Positions 21,548 to 31,903 of a stretch of DNA of 64,000 nucleotides are shown one piece after another. Origin of the DNA: an uncultured Hormoscilla sp. GTDB taxonomy: Bacteria; Cyanobacteriota; Cyanobacteriia; Cyanobacteriales; Desertifilaceae. Where the stretch lies: contig OZ001293.3 in assembly GCA_963921275.4 (NCBI GenBank), positions 224,001 through 288,000 on the forward strand. The letters are read 5' to 3'. The notes beneath the pieces were generated by a model. It was given only the letters and a program-made list of their open reading frames with translations. It had not been told where the DNA came from and did no database searches. The position numbers and the translations under genes are program-made. Positions within the stretch are counted from its first letter, which is position 1; each line of letters begins with the position of its first letter.

Positions 21548-21564
21548 ATCAATAATTATTTTAG

Positions 21565-21972
21565 TTAATTAACAACCAGACCAAAGTCGTTGTATACCAC
21601 TGCTGATGGACTAGAGGTTATCCCCGTGTTGGGTACCTCTTGGTCTCCCGCCCATTCCAAACCGTCAAACACATTGTACCAGAGCCATCCACTATCTCCC
21701 CGGCCCTGATGGAACACGTAGATTTGGTCGTTGTATACCACTGCTGATGGACCAGCGGTTATCCCTGTCTTGCGTACCTCTGTGTCTTCGACCCACTCTG
21801 AACCATCAAACACATTGCACCACAGCCACCCACTATCTCCTCTTCCCTGGTGGAACACGTATATTTGGTCGTTGTATACCACTGCTGATGGATCTCCGGT
21901 TATCCCTGTCTTGCGTACCTCTGAGTCCCCGGTCCACTCCGAACCATCAAACACATTGCACCACAACCATCC
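21565..21972 (-). pseudogene. 5'-truncated beta-propeller/lectin-like repeat protein (47-aa repeats)
   Basis: 141-bp direct repeats encoding PSAVVYNDQIYVFHQGRGDSGWLWxNVFDGSEW. Confidence 0.65.
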
Positions 21973-21989
21973 CCGAGAGCAACCGCACT

Positions 21990-22322
21990 TTCATTAGCGT
22001 CCCCACAACGCGCCCCATCGTGATTATCGCCCTCAGCAAACCCTTGAGTCACACGCTGCGTTTCTTCGACGAAACCACTCCTAACCGTCGGGCTAAACCT
22101 GCTGGTGTCATGGGGGCAGAAGTTTGGGTGAAGATCGGGGACGCACCGCCGACGAATACAGATGAGTTGAGATTTTTCGGCCTCAATACCCGCACTCCCT
22201 ATATATCAAAATTTGATAGCGAAGATGCGGGCAAAACTGTCTACTATCGGTTGCGCTGGGTCAATCCGAAAGGAAAGCCAGGGCCCTGGAGCGATATTGT
22301 GAGTGGCCCAATTATGCCATAG
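21990..22322 (+). pseudogene. C-terminal beta-sandwich-like half of the hypothetical protein also seen at 260-715
   Basis: VPTTRP..TPNRRAKPAGV.GAEVW..YYRLRWVNPKGKPGPWS; no native start. Confidence 0.6.
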
Positions 22323-22349
22323 AAAGGCGACGGATCACCAGGACTAAAG

Positions 22350-22483
22350 GGGTGCATCTCATATTTGCAATTATATCTGTAGGGGCGTTTAGCGCAGCTG
22401 CTAGCATTTCTGCGACAATTGATGTCATAAATTTACAAATTTACTATCGAAATGCTTCGCCCGTGCGAAAGTGAGATGCACCC
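22350..22483. mobile_element. 134-bp MITE with GGGTGCATCTCA ends and 9-bp TSD GGACTAAAG
   Basis: TIRs and flanking direct repeat at 22341-22349 / 22484-22492. Confidence 0.88.
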
Positions 22484-22606
22484 GGACTAAAGTCCGTACT
22501 ACGAACCGGGGCGGTAAGGACTAAAGTCTGTACTACGAACCGGGGCGATCGCCTATAATTAGAGGAGAGTGGGACAGTACATTGGTCGCCTTTGGAGGAT
22601 AACCCT

Positions 22607-22730
22607 TTGATTACATCCGAAACTATTAAAGACATAGCGAATCAAATTGTAGCCCATTTCGACCCCAGTCAGATTTTACTGTTTGGCAGCTATGCTAGAG
22701 GTAAGGCTACAGAAAATATCGATGGTGAAT
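22607..22730 (+). pseudogene. Minimal nucleotidyltransferase N-terminal fragment
   Basis: ITSETIKDIANQIVAHFDPSQILLFGSYARG, truncated at about the DxD position. Confidence 0.6.
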
Positions 22731-22760
22731 GGAGAATGGAAAGTAAACAATTAGCAATTC

Positions 22761-23411
22761 TCAATTAGCAGAGGGACATAAATCCGATAGCACGCAAGCA
22801 TGACATGCAGGTTTCTTGGCCTGGCAGACTGCTCGACCGTGGTAAATTAGCCGAATAGACCAATTTTGCCAATCAGACTGGGGCAATAATCTGATTAAAT
22901 CTCGCTCAATGGGCACGGGATCCTTTTGTTCCGTTAACCCTAAACGCTGAGACAGACGCTTGACATGGGTATCCACTGTCACCCCTTGATTGATGCCAAA
23001 AGCATTCGCTAACACTACATTAGCAGTCTTGCGGGCGACTCCTGGCAATTGCACGAGTTGTTCCATCTGTTGGGGCACTTCTCCCCGAAATTCTGTGACA
23101 ATCATCTGACAAGTAGCTTGGATATTCTTGGCCTTATTGCGATAAAATCCAGTGGGACGCACTAGGTTCTCTAATTCACTAATTTGAGCGCTGGCGATCG
23201 CCCGGGCATCAGGAAACTGTCGAAACAACTCTGGAGTTACCTGATTTACCCTTTCGTCGGTACATTGAGCAGCAAGAATCGTAGCTACTAGCAGTTGTAA
23301 AGGTGTTTGATAATCGAGAGTACAGCGGGCGTCAGGATAAAGTCGCTGCAAGCGAATCAAAATTTCTAATGCCCGCTGTTCTTTAGCTGACCATTTACGG
23401 GTAATACTCAT
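22761..23411 (-). CDS. nth: Endonuclease III
   Basis: AQCTDERVN, LPGVARKTAN HhH, VDTHV, C-terminal 4Fe-4S cysteines. Confidence 0.95.
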   Translation of the reverse strand: MSITRKWSAKEQRALEILIRLQRLYPDARCTLDYQTPLQLLVATILAAQCTDERVNQVTPELFRQFPDARAIASAQISELENLVRPTGFYRNKAKNIQATCQMIVTEFRGEVPQQMEQLVQLPGVARKTANVVLANAFGINQGVTVDTHVKRLSQRLGLTEQKDPVPIERDLIRLLPQSDWQNWSIRLIYHGRAVCQAKKPACHACVLSDLCPSAN

Positions 23412-23501
23412 AGTAGGTAATCGTTGATTGTTACTAGTTCCTCTTTTCTCTCAAACGGGGAAGCACACTCCTTTTCCAAGTATAGTTGTTACCGATGAAA
23501 C

Positions 23502-24290
23502 TTAAAATTCAACAATTACGGGGGCGTGGTCGCTAGGTTTGGGTAGCCTCCTGGGGGTAACATCGATCGTGCAGCTAGTTGCTTGTTGGTAAAGGGTGGG
23601 CGAAAGATAGAAATGATCGATCCGCCATCCCCACTTCCTTTTAAACGCCTGATGCCGATAGTCCCACCAGCTGTAATGTCCTTCTTCTGAGGTGAATTTT
23701 CTAAATGCGTCCCCTAATCCTAATTCTACAATCTCTTGCAAAGCTTGGCGCTCTGGTTCTGTCGTGCCTGTGATTTCATCTGATGGTAAAACTTTCTTAT
23801 GTATATCTCTCGCATCTGGGACAATATTGAAGTCTCCGCCTATGCATACTTTCTCATGTTTGTCAAGCATGTTTTGCAGGTATTCATGTAGGAGTTTCAG
23901 CCAACTGAGTTTATAATAGTATTTATCGCTGAAAGCCGTTGCACCATTGGGAACGTAGACGGAGATCGTGCGACTATCCTCTATCATACCAGTAATTAAT
24001 CGCTTTTGATCGTCAAACTCTCCTACTTTTTCTGGCCCCAGCACCGGCGCCAACCCGACGCTCACATCTGACATGGATTGGCGAGAGATCAGGGCGACGC
24101 CGTTGTAGGATTTTTGGCCCGATATGTAGACGTGATATCCTAGTTCTTCTAGGGGCGATCGAGGAAAGTCGGCGTCTGGGACTTTCGTTTCTTGCAAGCA
24201 TAGCACATCCATGGGATTTTCGCCCAGCCAATCGATCACCTGTGCTAAGCGGGTGCGAATTGAGTTAACATTCCAAGTAGCAATCTTCAT
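23502..24290 (-). CDS. xth: Exodeoxyribonuclease III
   Basis: ATWNVNS, LQETK, GDFN, WRIDH, SDHAP. Confidence 0.95.
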   Translation of the reverse strand: MKIATWNVNSIRTRLAQVIDWLGENPMDVLCLQETKVPDADFPRSPLEELGYHVYISGQKSYNGVALISRQSMSDVSVGLAPVLGPEKVGEFDDQKRLITGMIEDSRTISVYVPNGATAFSDKYYYKLSWLKLLHEYLQNMLDKHEKVCIGGDFNIVPDARDIHKKVLPSDEITGTTEPERQALQEIVELGLGDAFRKFTSEEGHYSWWDYRHQAFKRKWGWRIDHFYLSPTLYQQATSCTIDVTPRRLPKPSDHAPVIVEF

Positions 24291-24504
24291 CTGCTTGACC
24301 TCCTATGACTGTGACAACAATACCACAAAAGACTAAATTTATCGTCTCACCGACTTCTCGGGAGTAGGTATATCAGGCCCTGGCTAACCTGGATATTATT
24401 TTATTGGACATGGCTTCCGGATATAGATTTGGACCAGGGAGCAGGAAATAATCTCACAGCGCACAGTAAATTATAGCATCAAAGACTATAATGCCTCAGT
24501 AACC

Positions 24505-25110
24505 GTGAGGAACCGTGAACAAGTGATTGCCATCTATCCAGGAAGCTTCGACCCCATAACCCTAGGTCATCTGGACATCATCGAGCGAGGTGGTCTGCTG
24601 TTCGAGCAGATCGTAGTAGTAGTGCTGATAAATCCCAATAAAACCCCCCTATTCTCGGTATCACAGCGCCTGGAGCAGATCCGCCTAGCGACCCAACATG
24701 TGCCGAACATCACCGTTGACAGCTATAACGGACTGACAGTAGACTATGCGAGAATTCAGCAAGCCCAAGTCCTGCTGCGGGGTTTGCGGGTACTGTCAGA
24801 CTTTGAAGGCGAACTCCAGATGGCCCACACGAATAAAACCCTCTCAACTCAAATCGAGACTGTTTTTCTAGCAACCTCTAACGAGTATAGCTTTTTAAGT
24901 AGTAGCTTAGTCAAAGAGATTGCCGAATTTGGCGGTCCCATAGATCATCTAGTTCCCCAGCATGTTGCAATAGATATTTACCAATGTTACGCCAACAAAA
25001 CCCATCTCAGATCGAGCCCGAACAATCAGCACTCTCCCCTACCCTCCCAGGAGAGTCACCAGAAACTAGACTGGACTCCTACTCAGAAACAGCGCGAACC
25101 GGAGAGATAG
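24505..25110 (+). CDS. coaD: Pantetheine-phosphate adenylyltransferase
   Basis: [32 protein letters not shown]. Confidence 0.93.
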   Translation: MRNREQVIAIYPGSFDPITLGHLDIIERGGLLFEQIVVVVLINPNKTPLFSVSQRLEQIRLATQHVPNITVDSYNGLTVDYARIQQAQVLLRGLRVLSDFEGELQMAHTNKTLSTQIETVFLATSNEYSFLSSSLVKEIAEFGGPIDHLVPQHVAIDIYQCYANKTHLRSSPNNQHSPLPSQESHQKLDWTPTQKQREPER

Positions 25111-25667
25111 ATGTTCAGACAGAACTAGAAAAATTGAAGGAACTGATTCTCGACGGTTTCCACATTCCCTTTACCCGATATACGGTGGTAGATGAAGACC
25201 AATTGTTAGATTATATCGATCTAGTGCAGTATAATCTGCCGAAAGCATTTGAGCTAGCAGCGAAAATCATCGAGCGTCGGGAGAAGATAATCGAAGAAGC
25301 CAAAGAATATGCCCAAGAATTGATTTTAGCCGCCGAACAAAAAGCGGCGGAGATGTTGGAGCGACATGAGTTAGTGCAGCAGGCGCAAATGCAGGCCATG
25401 AGGATTAGGCAACAGGTGCAACAGGAATGCGATCTTGCCAAGGATCAGACGATCACGGAGATAGACAGAATAGAAAACCTAGCGCAGCAGGAACTAGAGG
25501 AAATGCGACGCAAGACAATATTGGAATGTGAAGCCATTCAGAGGGGAGCAGATGAGTACGCGGATAGAGTGTTGCTGGATATGGAGCAGCGGTTGAGCGA
25601 GATGTTGCGAGTGCTTCGCAATGGCAGGCAGCAGTTGCATGTCGATCGCCCTTCCGAGGAAATATAA
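24984..25667 (+). CDS. DivIVA-like coiled-coil cell division protein (Cdv3-like)
   Basis: Coiled coil, [16 protein letters not shown]; usual position downstream of coaD in cyanobacteria. Confidence 0.7.
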   Translation: MLRQQNPSQIEPEQSALSPTLPGESPETRLDSYSETARTGEIDVQTELEKLKELILDGFHIPFTRYTVVDEDQLLDYIDLVQYNLPKAFELAAKIIERREKIIEEAKEYAQELILAAEQKAAEMLERHELVQQAQMQAMRIRQQVQQECDLAKDQTITEIDRIENLAQQELEEMRRKTILECEAIQRGADEYADRVLLDMEQRLSEMLRVLRNGRQQLHVDRPSEEI

Positions 25668-25930
25668 TCAATTCAAAATTATCTCATTCAAAATTCTTGC
25701 ACAGAACCAGAGAGGGTTCTAAATGGGAACTACACGGACATCGTTATTGAACAGAGACACCCAACTCCGACGGTATAGTAGCAAAAAATGGATGATAATT
25801 TTCGTCAAATATGTTTTAATGACTGTAGTTAAAGCAGGAAATGCTACTATAGATAGCTAAAAGCTAGCTTCCCTCAAGGTCGCCAGTGACCAACTCCTAG
25901 AAAAGTTCATCTCTTACATTAGAAGATATT

Positions 25931-27051
25931 ATGGCTGTATTTGACAACGTCGCACACCAGCAGAACTATCCCAAGCCATTACCGATTCCAGTAATAACGG
26001 TCAGGCAGATACCATTAACATCACGGGAGATATTACCCTGACGGGGTTGCTACCCCTTATTGAAGAAGACGTCCAGCTCACGATAAATGGGAACAACAAC
26101 ACCATTAATGGCAACGACCAATACTGGCTGTTCTTTGTCAGAAGCGGTGTGGTCAATTTCAATGACCTGACCTTTAGCAACGGCCGGGCCCAGGGAGGCA
26201 ATCGCGGCGGCGGCGGGGCAGGCATGGGCGGTGCCCTGTTTGTCCTTGACGGGACGGTCACGGTGACCGATAGCCTTTTCCAGAATAATAGCGCCATTGG
26301 TGGCAATGGCGGCAACAGTGGAACGGGTGGTAATGCTAATTTTACTCCTTTTCCTCGTAATAACGGCAGCGACGGCAGCGACGGCAGCGGCGGCGGCGCC
26401 GGCGGCGGCGGCGCGGGCATGGGCTCCGCCATATTCGTCCTCTCGGGCGAGTTCAGCGTTTCGGACAGCAGCTTTAACAACAATAACGCTCAAGGTGGCA
26501 CTGGCGCGAACCCCGGCTCAGGTCTGGGGGACGCCATTTTCGCCCTGCACCAGGGCATGCCCAGCACCCTGCCGACCGTGACCCTCACACAGAACCTTCT
26601 CGGGCAATATGGCCGCTGACGATTCAGGAGGCCCCACTCCACCGTCCATCTCCTCGGACACCATGCTGAACAATGACGACCTGTTCGGCAACCAAATCAC
26701 CCGCAACTCCCGTCCTACAAACCTTGAACTCGACAACAGCAGCATTGGTGAAAACTCCCCAGTTAATAGCGTTGTAGGGACTTTCTCCACTACCGACCCT
26801 GACTCTGGAGATAGCTTTAGCTACCCAGTTAGACCCCGGCATGGGTAGCGATGATAACGCCGCCTTCCCATAGAAGGGAACTCACTGCGAACTAACAGTT
26901 CCTTGGACTTTGAGACCCAGTTGAGTTATAGCATCCGCGTCCAAACTACCGACTCTGCTGGAGCCAGTTACTCGGAGGCCTTAACCATTAACGTCAACGA
27001 TGTTGCCGAACCTCCTACAGGCATCAACCTCAGCAACAGTAGCATCGCCTG
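25931..27051 (+). pseudogene. Gly-rich surface protein/adhesin with a cadherin-like domain, frameshifted
   Basis: GGGGAGMGGALFV repeats; ENSPVNSVVGTFSTTDPD and LDFETQ..YSIRVQTTD pieces lie in different frames. Confidence 0.7.
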
Positions 27052-27322
27052 ACGGCACGCACGCCCGGCCTCCAGGGGACGCCCAACGGGGAACGGCAGA
27101 CAGGTCTAGGAGGGAAAGACTCGCTATCGCTTTTTGGGAAAGAGGGGGACGACCAAGATGGGGTGCTCGAAGGTGCAGAAACCAGCATGTTTAATCTCCT
27201 GCCAGGGGACGGCTACATTGTAGATCGAGGCAATGATAGCTTTAGTCTGATGATTACTGATGGATCCATGCCCATTACTTCCCTGAGCGAAACACAAGGA
27301 CTACTTAATCTTAATGAGGACT

Positions 27323-28190
27323 GTGCGATTCGTTCTAGCCTAACGTGGTCAAACACGGAACGCTAGCCCGGTTTCATTAGCCGGGAACTCTGACCGCATG
27401 GGGGTTAAATTCCCCTCCCCCCAGGTACGGGGGTGACACCGGTCCTCGGTGCTACGAAGCGACATCATCGTGGTGCTAAGCGAGGACTCAAATGTAGGAT
27501 AACTGGCAGCCTAAGCCGGTGACGCCGCTAGGAAAGATATCCAAGGTTAGAGCAGGCAAACATGTGCAAGCCTCGTTATAAGGAACCAGCGAAATAAGGC
27601 TATATGCGCTGGCCTAAAAAGGAAATGGTAGCTAGTATTAGTTTTAGACTCTGGCTAATATAGTACTCAAATAGCTCCCGGGGTATAGTGTGGACCTAAA
27701 GGTATCGCGAAATGTTGTTAGGGAACGAAGTAACCTCTCGTGTGCTGTCCATCAGGACAAGTTAGATGTTAAGCGCAAGCCACGGGGGGAGGGATGGCCC
27801 AAGAAGCGAATGCCCGGGGTAATTCCTGGGATAACATCTACAGTAATGTAGATGATGCTGGGTAGCCAGCGCTGACGTGGGTCGGTGATACTAGGAAGCT
27901 GCTGGAATGAGTAATCCTAAAAAGCCACGGAACTAATCCGAAACGCAAGTGGAGGATAAGGTATGGATAACTGGTAAAACTGACTTGAAAATGGTGATAC
28001 TAACGGTTATCAGAACAACCACTCGCTAAACCAGGAAAGGGAAGAAAAGACAGGCGGCAAGGGCTAACGGAAGTAATTCCTATTAAGTCTACCTATGAAA
28101 AGGGCCTAGTACCCAGTAGCCGATGCGGTGAAAATCGCAAGTCCGGTTCCTCAAGGGAGGGTCGGGAAGCGATTCCCGGCTCGACCCCAT
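27323..28190 (+). mobile_element. ORF-less group II intron, apparently full length (~868 nt)
   Basis: 5' GTGCGATTCG; D5 AGTAGCCGATGCGGTGAAAATCGCAAGTCCGGTTC; D6 ending CTCGACCCCAT; no RT ORF; exact 3' base uncertain. Confidence 0.9.
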
Positions 28191-28335
28191 CCTGAATCCC
28201 AGTTTTGATAACCTTAATTTCGATCGGAGTATGGTCTTCCGACCTGCTGAACCAATGACGATCTAAACTGTCAGGAGAGCGGCAGTAGGGTGAGCAGTGC
28301 CCATCCTACTTGGTTAATGGTGGGCGGTGCCCACC

Positions 28336-29649
28336 CTATTTGCTGTTCTTAAATCTTTTTTTTGTGGCCTGAAATGCTTCGGCCATTACTGCCTGTATTC
28401 TCTCCGGATCCGGTCTCTTTCCTCCCATTATGTCCCCAAAGTATACGCAGGCCCCCTCCCCTAATGCACCGGTGTACGCTGCTGCCCAACTGGCCGCGAT
28501 CGCACTCCCGAATCCTGGCACAAATTTGATTAATTCTCTCCCAATCGCCTGGGCTACAAATCCTCCCGCGATCGCACTTACTATTCCTCCTGCTTGCGAT
28601 CGAGTCAGGGTCTGGCCGTACAATTTCCCTAGCAGTCCTACCATTGATACTTGTAATGCCGTTAGGACCGGCATCGTCGCCAAGGGTAATGGCACTGCTG
28701 CTAGGGTGGCCGCGATCACGCAAAAGGCCAGTATGTAACGCCTCGCTACATCCCGGTACATATTGTCAATCTCGGCGATTGCTTCTCCATCTAATATTTG
28801 ATGTATTGCTTGCGCTTCCGCTTCCGGCAGCAGCTCGGCTATGCTATCTCTCAAGGCTTCTAATCCATAAAATACCGGATTGTATCCGTCCTCTTCTAAG
28901 GTGAAGTCCATTAATATTGCCCGATCGCACAGTTGCCCAAATTCCTCTACTATGGCCCCATAGGCCCGCTGGACTTCCTCGTACTCGGGGGGATATTCTG
29001 GATGAGCCTCCCGTGTCCCCTCTTTTGTGCGAGTAGCGCTCCCAGGAGACACAGAGATCCCGGCAGGATAGACTTCATGCAGGCAGGTTACTGCTAGCAG
29101 ACAGGGGATATGGGGATGTTTCTCTCGCAACTGCGTCCCTATTTGCCGCAAGCTCTCCGTGGCAAAATCGTTGATTTTTACTGTTAATATGAGAATCTTG
29201 GCCCGGCCACTCGCCTCTGATAGGTCCCCTAGCAGTTCCAAGACGATCGCCTCTGTCTCCTGGCCCACATCCCCCAGTCCCACTGTATCGGTAAAGATCA
29301 GCAGGGGCAACTCACTGGCAGGATAGGCATAGCGTTCTGTATGCTGGGTGTGGGGCCGAAACCCCTGGCCCACGATCTCCGCTGATACCCCCGTCAGGCC
29401 CCGGACGATGGAACTCTTCCCGGCCTGGGGTTTGCCGATCAAAATGGCCTCTGTGGTCGGTAGGGACCGCTCGACTCTCTCTAATATCTCTGCTACCCGA
29501 TCTTCCCTGACGCTAAACCACTCTACCATCCTCTGGGCTAGGCGATCGACTGGTAAGATTTTCCTCAAGCGTTCTGTAGTATGCTGCCAAACCCCACGCT
29601 TCTGACTCTCCTGCTTGGCATCAGGGTTTGCTTCCGGTTGCTCTGTCAT
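28336..29649 (-). CDS. GTPase with DUF697/YcjF-like C-terminal membrane domain
   Basis: GKPQAGKSS, DTVG; hydrophobic C-terminus AVPLP..KFVPGFGS. Confidence 0.8.
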   Translation of the reverse strand: MTEQPEANPDAKQESQKRGVWQHTTERLRKILPVDRLAQRMVEWFSVREDRVAEILERVERSLPTTEAILIGKPQAGKSSIVRGLTGVSAEIVGQGFRPHTQHTERYAYPASELPLLIFTDTVGLGDVGQETEAIVLELLGDLSEASGRAKILILTVKINDFATESLRQIGTQLREKHPHIPCLLAVTCLHEVYPAGISVSPGSATRTKEGTREAHPEYPPEYEEVQRAYGAIVEEFGQLCDRAILMDFTLEEDGYNPVFYGLEALRDSIAELLPEAEAQAIHQILDGEAIAEIDNMYRDVARRYILAFCVIAATLAAVPLPLATMPVLTALQVSMVGLLGKLYGQTLTRSQAGGIVSAIAGGFVAQAIGRELIKFVPGFGSAIAASWAAAYTGALGEGACVYFGDIMGGKRPDPERIQAVMAEAFQATKKRFKNSK

Positions 29650-29769
29650 CGGAATTCATGCCCCATCTCTTTATTCCTGATCCTGTATCTTATCCCATTA
29701 CATCAGCCCGATCGGATGATGGCCTATCCTCCCTGCTCCCTGCTGCCCGATACTGGCGTTACTTCTAAT

Positions 29770-30126
29770 GGCTCGCTTCGCTTTGCCCTTTTCTAGCAGG
29801 CGATCGCAAAATGCCTTAATCACAGGGTTAAAACGCCGAGCTGACATGGCTGGCATATACAATGCCTTGCGAAGCTTAGCATTACCGGTTTTACACAGAC
29901 GTGTTTTGCCTCTAACCGTTGAGCCAGAAACCTGCTGCCTTGGTGTGACCCCAGCATGAGCAGACACGAGACTCGCACTATCGTAAGTGCCAATCTCTAC
30001 TGAGGTTTGTAGTTTAGCTGCTGTCAGCTCACCTACACCGGGAATCGATAGGAGCAACTTCTGCTGGTGCTTCAGATTCTCATGAGTATCTATTAGCTCA
30101 GTAATGAGCTGTTTGATTTGCTCAAT
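29770..30126 (-). pseudogene. IS110-family recombinase, C-terminal (Tnp) domain remnant
   Basis: LLLSIPGVGELTA, AHAGVTP..QVSGS..GKTRLCKTGNAKLRKALYMPA; N-terminal DEDD domain absent. Confidence 0.88.
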
Positions 30127-30192
30127 CTGTCCATAGTTTAATGCCTTGTTGCTGTTAGTCATAGAGGATCTCCTGTTAAGTGATTAGTTTTA

Positions 30193-30861
30193 TTATTTTT
30201 GTATATTGCACAACTGCTCTGCCCATTCAAGGTTTTTAACATGAGCAAAGTATGTTTTATCTGTTACAGCACCTATATCGCGCTTGCTCCAGATATTCAC
30301 TGCATAATCATCCAGCCAAAATTCTTCTCGCTCCAACACATCCGCCGGCAACACTTCTGCCCAAAGTAGCTCATCGTTGGGAGTATCTACTTTGACCTTA
30401 AAGCTGCTCTCCATCGCGCTTATCCACTCATGGCAAGCATAATATACGCCGCAATTCACAGTAGCCCAATAATTAGGTATTCGGATAAATTTTGGTGTCC
30501 TGTTTTTGCGGCACATATCTGTAAATGCCTTATCAGGAAATTGAAGCATTACAGTATCCCAATCTACCCACAAAAACTCTCCAAATTCTTTCAACGCCCA
30601 AAGACACATCCAATGCTTCATCATATGTGCCATATTCTGTTGCACATATTCTGGTGCATCGTCAAAAATACGGTATACGTTAAGGTTAAACCCGGCAAGC
30701 TGCGCTGCTGACTCTTGGTTACCGGCGAGGACATAAAGAGCCTTTTTGTATAGCGGGTTAATTTCAATACTCTGAGGAATCTCTTTCAAAGTAACGTCCG
30801 CCGTACTGGCGACTCCGCCGCGCACATACGGATACAGCCCTGCAATCATCGGAATCGACAT
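30193..30861 (-). CDS. Hypothetical protein, GT-A-fold nucleotide-sugar transferase-like
   Basis: K..FLWVDWD (DxD), VNCGVYY, NDE, late His (FAHVK). Confidence 0.55.
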   Translation of the reverse strand: MSIPMIAGLYPYVRGGVASTADVTLKEIPQSIEINPLYKKALYVLAGNQESAAQLAGFNLNVYRIFDDAPEYVQQNMAHMMKHWMCLWALKEFGEFLWVDWDTVMLQFPDKAFTDMCRKNRTPKFIRIPNYWATVNCGVYYACHEWISAMESSFKVKVDTPNDELLWAEVLPADVLEREEFWLDDYAVNIWSKRDIGAVTDKTYFAHVKNLEWAEQLCNIQK

Positions 30862-31496
30862 GCAATCTCCTCAGCCTCCTCAGCGACTCCATAATCTTCA
30901 ATAACAACATTTTTGTGTCGTGCAATCATCTCAAGACGCATTTCATAGCTTTGCGACTTAAATATCTGCCAAATTTCGGCTTCTTCTTCTGGCGGACTGG
31001 AAAATCCAAGCTCATTGGCATAGCGTCGCATGCGCGACAAGGTGGCTAAGGCATATTGCCAATTAACTAGTGGTTTGAGCAGAAGTATTTTTCGCTGACG
31101 CACAGATTTTTTAGCAAGCGAATGAATAAATCCTCGTAAATCCCCGCCCGGAATATGTTCAACGCCAATAGCCGACAGCGCCACATCAAATTTATTGACA
31201 CGTTCTTCTAATGAAGGATACCTAGTTTTATGCGCAATTTCAACTACGCGCCCGTTAATTTTATAAACATTTGAAAAGGCTTTCTGTTCCAATGCCACTG
31301 CATTTCGCTGCTTCAGAGAGAAAACAAGTTCTTCTTTATCTGCGGCCCAGATGTCAATATCTCTTGGGGGCTTGCCGGTTAAAAGTGATTTATACGCTCC
31401 GCCCGCAATAAAAAACCTGACATTAACTGCCCCTTTGCCTAAAATAGCGGCTATTTCTTTTTCTGCATAACGCATAATCTCAAACTCCCTTAGCAT
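30846..31496 (-). CDS. Nucleotidyltransferase of the CCA/poly(A) polymerase head-domain type
   Basis: FIAGGA..L.G..PRDIDI, FD, R..RY; RBS AAGGAG upstream; overlaps the next gene. Confidence 0.65.
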   Translation of the reverse strand: MLREFEIMRYAEKEIAAILGKGAVNVRFFIAGGAYKSLLTGKPPRDIDIWAADKEELVFSLKQRNAVALEQKAFSNVYKINGRVVEIAHKTRYPSLEERVNKFDVALSAIGVEHIPGGDLRGFIHSLAKKSVRQRKILLLKPLVNWQYALATLSRMRRYANELGFSSPPEEEAEIWQIFKSQSYEMRLEMIARHKNVVIEDYGVAEEAEEIACRFR

Positions 31497-31634
31497 TTTA
31501 ACTCTCCTTTGTATCAGCAGAAACTTTTAGGGCAGGTAGATTCATATGGCCTCTTTTCCTTGACTGGCGATTTGATCTGAGTTGACTGGTGATGTTATCA
31601 GTTGAGACCGGTACAGGGTAGAGATGTTTTACCA

Positions 31635-31820
31635 GTAACCATCCTTGTAAATACGAGTTCATCTGTGTTACAGAGACTCCCGATCCCATTCGGTTGTCTA
31701 GCAAAAACAGTAAGCAGTCTGGGTCTCGATCTGCGCGACAGGTTCAATTGACCTCTGGCGGGCTACGGACTTATCGATAGCTTTCTACCCTGATGTCTGT
31801 TCTCTATTCCAACATACAAG
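31635..31820 (-). ncRNA. Putative IS110 (IS621-type) left end encoding a bridge RNA
   Basis: End CTTGTAT; loop motifs CCGT-AGCCCGCCA..AACCTG-TCGCGCAG-AT and AACCGA-ATGGGATCG..CGTAT-TTACAAGG-ATGGTT; same orientation as the IS110 remnant. Confidence 0.8.
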
Positions 31821-31903
31821 GCGGACTTTGTTTGTGTAGCCCTACCCTTTAGGGTAGGGGCGTGGGCGTGGGGGCGCGAATTTTACTCCTACAAGTCCCA
31901 AGT

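Noticed and set aside
21565..21972. Possible DGR template/variable repeat pair
   Set aside because: Differences among the 141-bp repeats are not adenine-specific, and the only RT in the window is a group II IEP
24984..25110. 127-nt coaD / cdv3-like overlap as a novelty
   Set aside because: The extension is low-complexity, and I recall this arrangement being common in cyanobacteria
29650..29770. Right end of the IS110 element
   Set aside because: No donor-left + CT + GCGCG junction found; the recombinase is cut before its normal C-terminus
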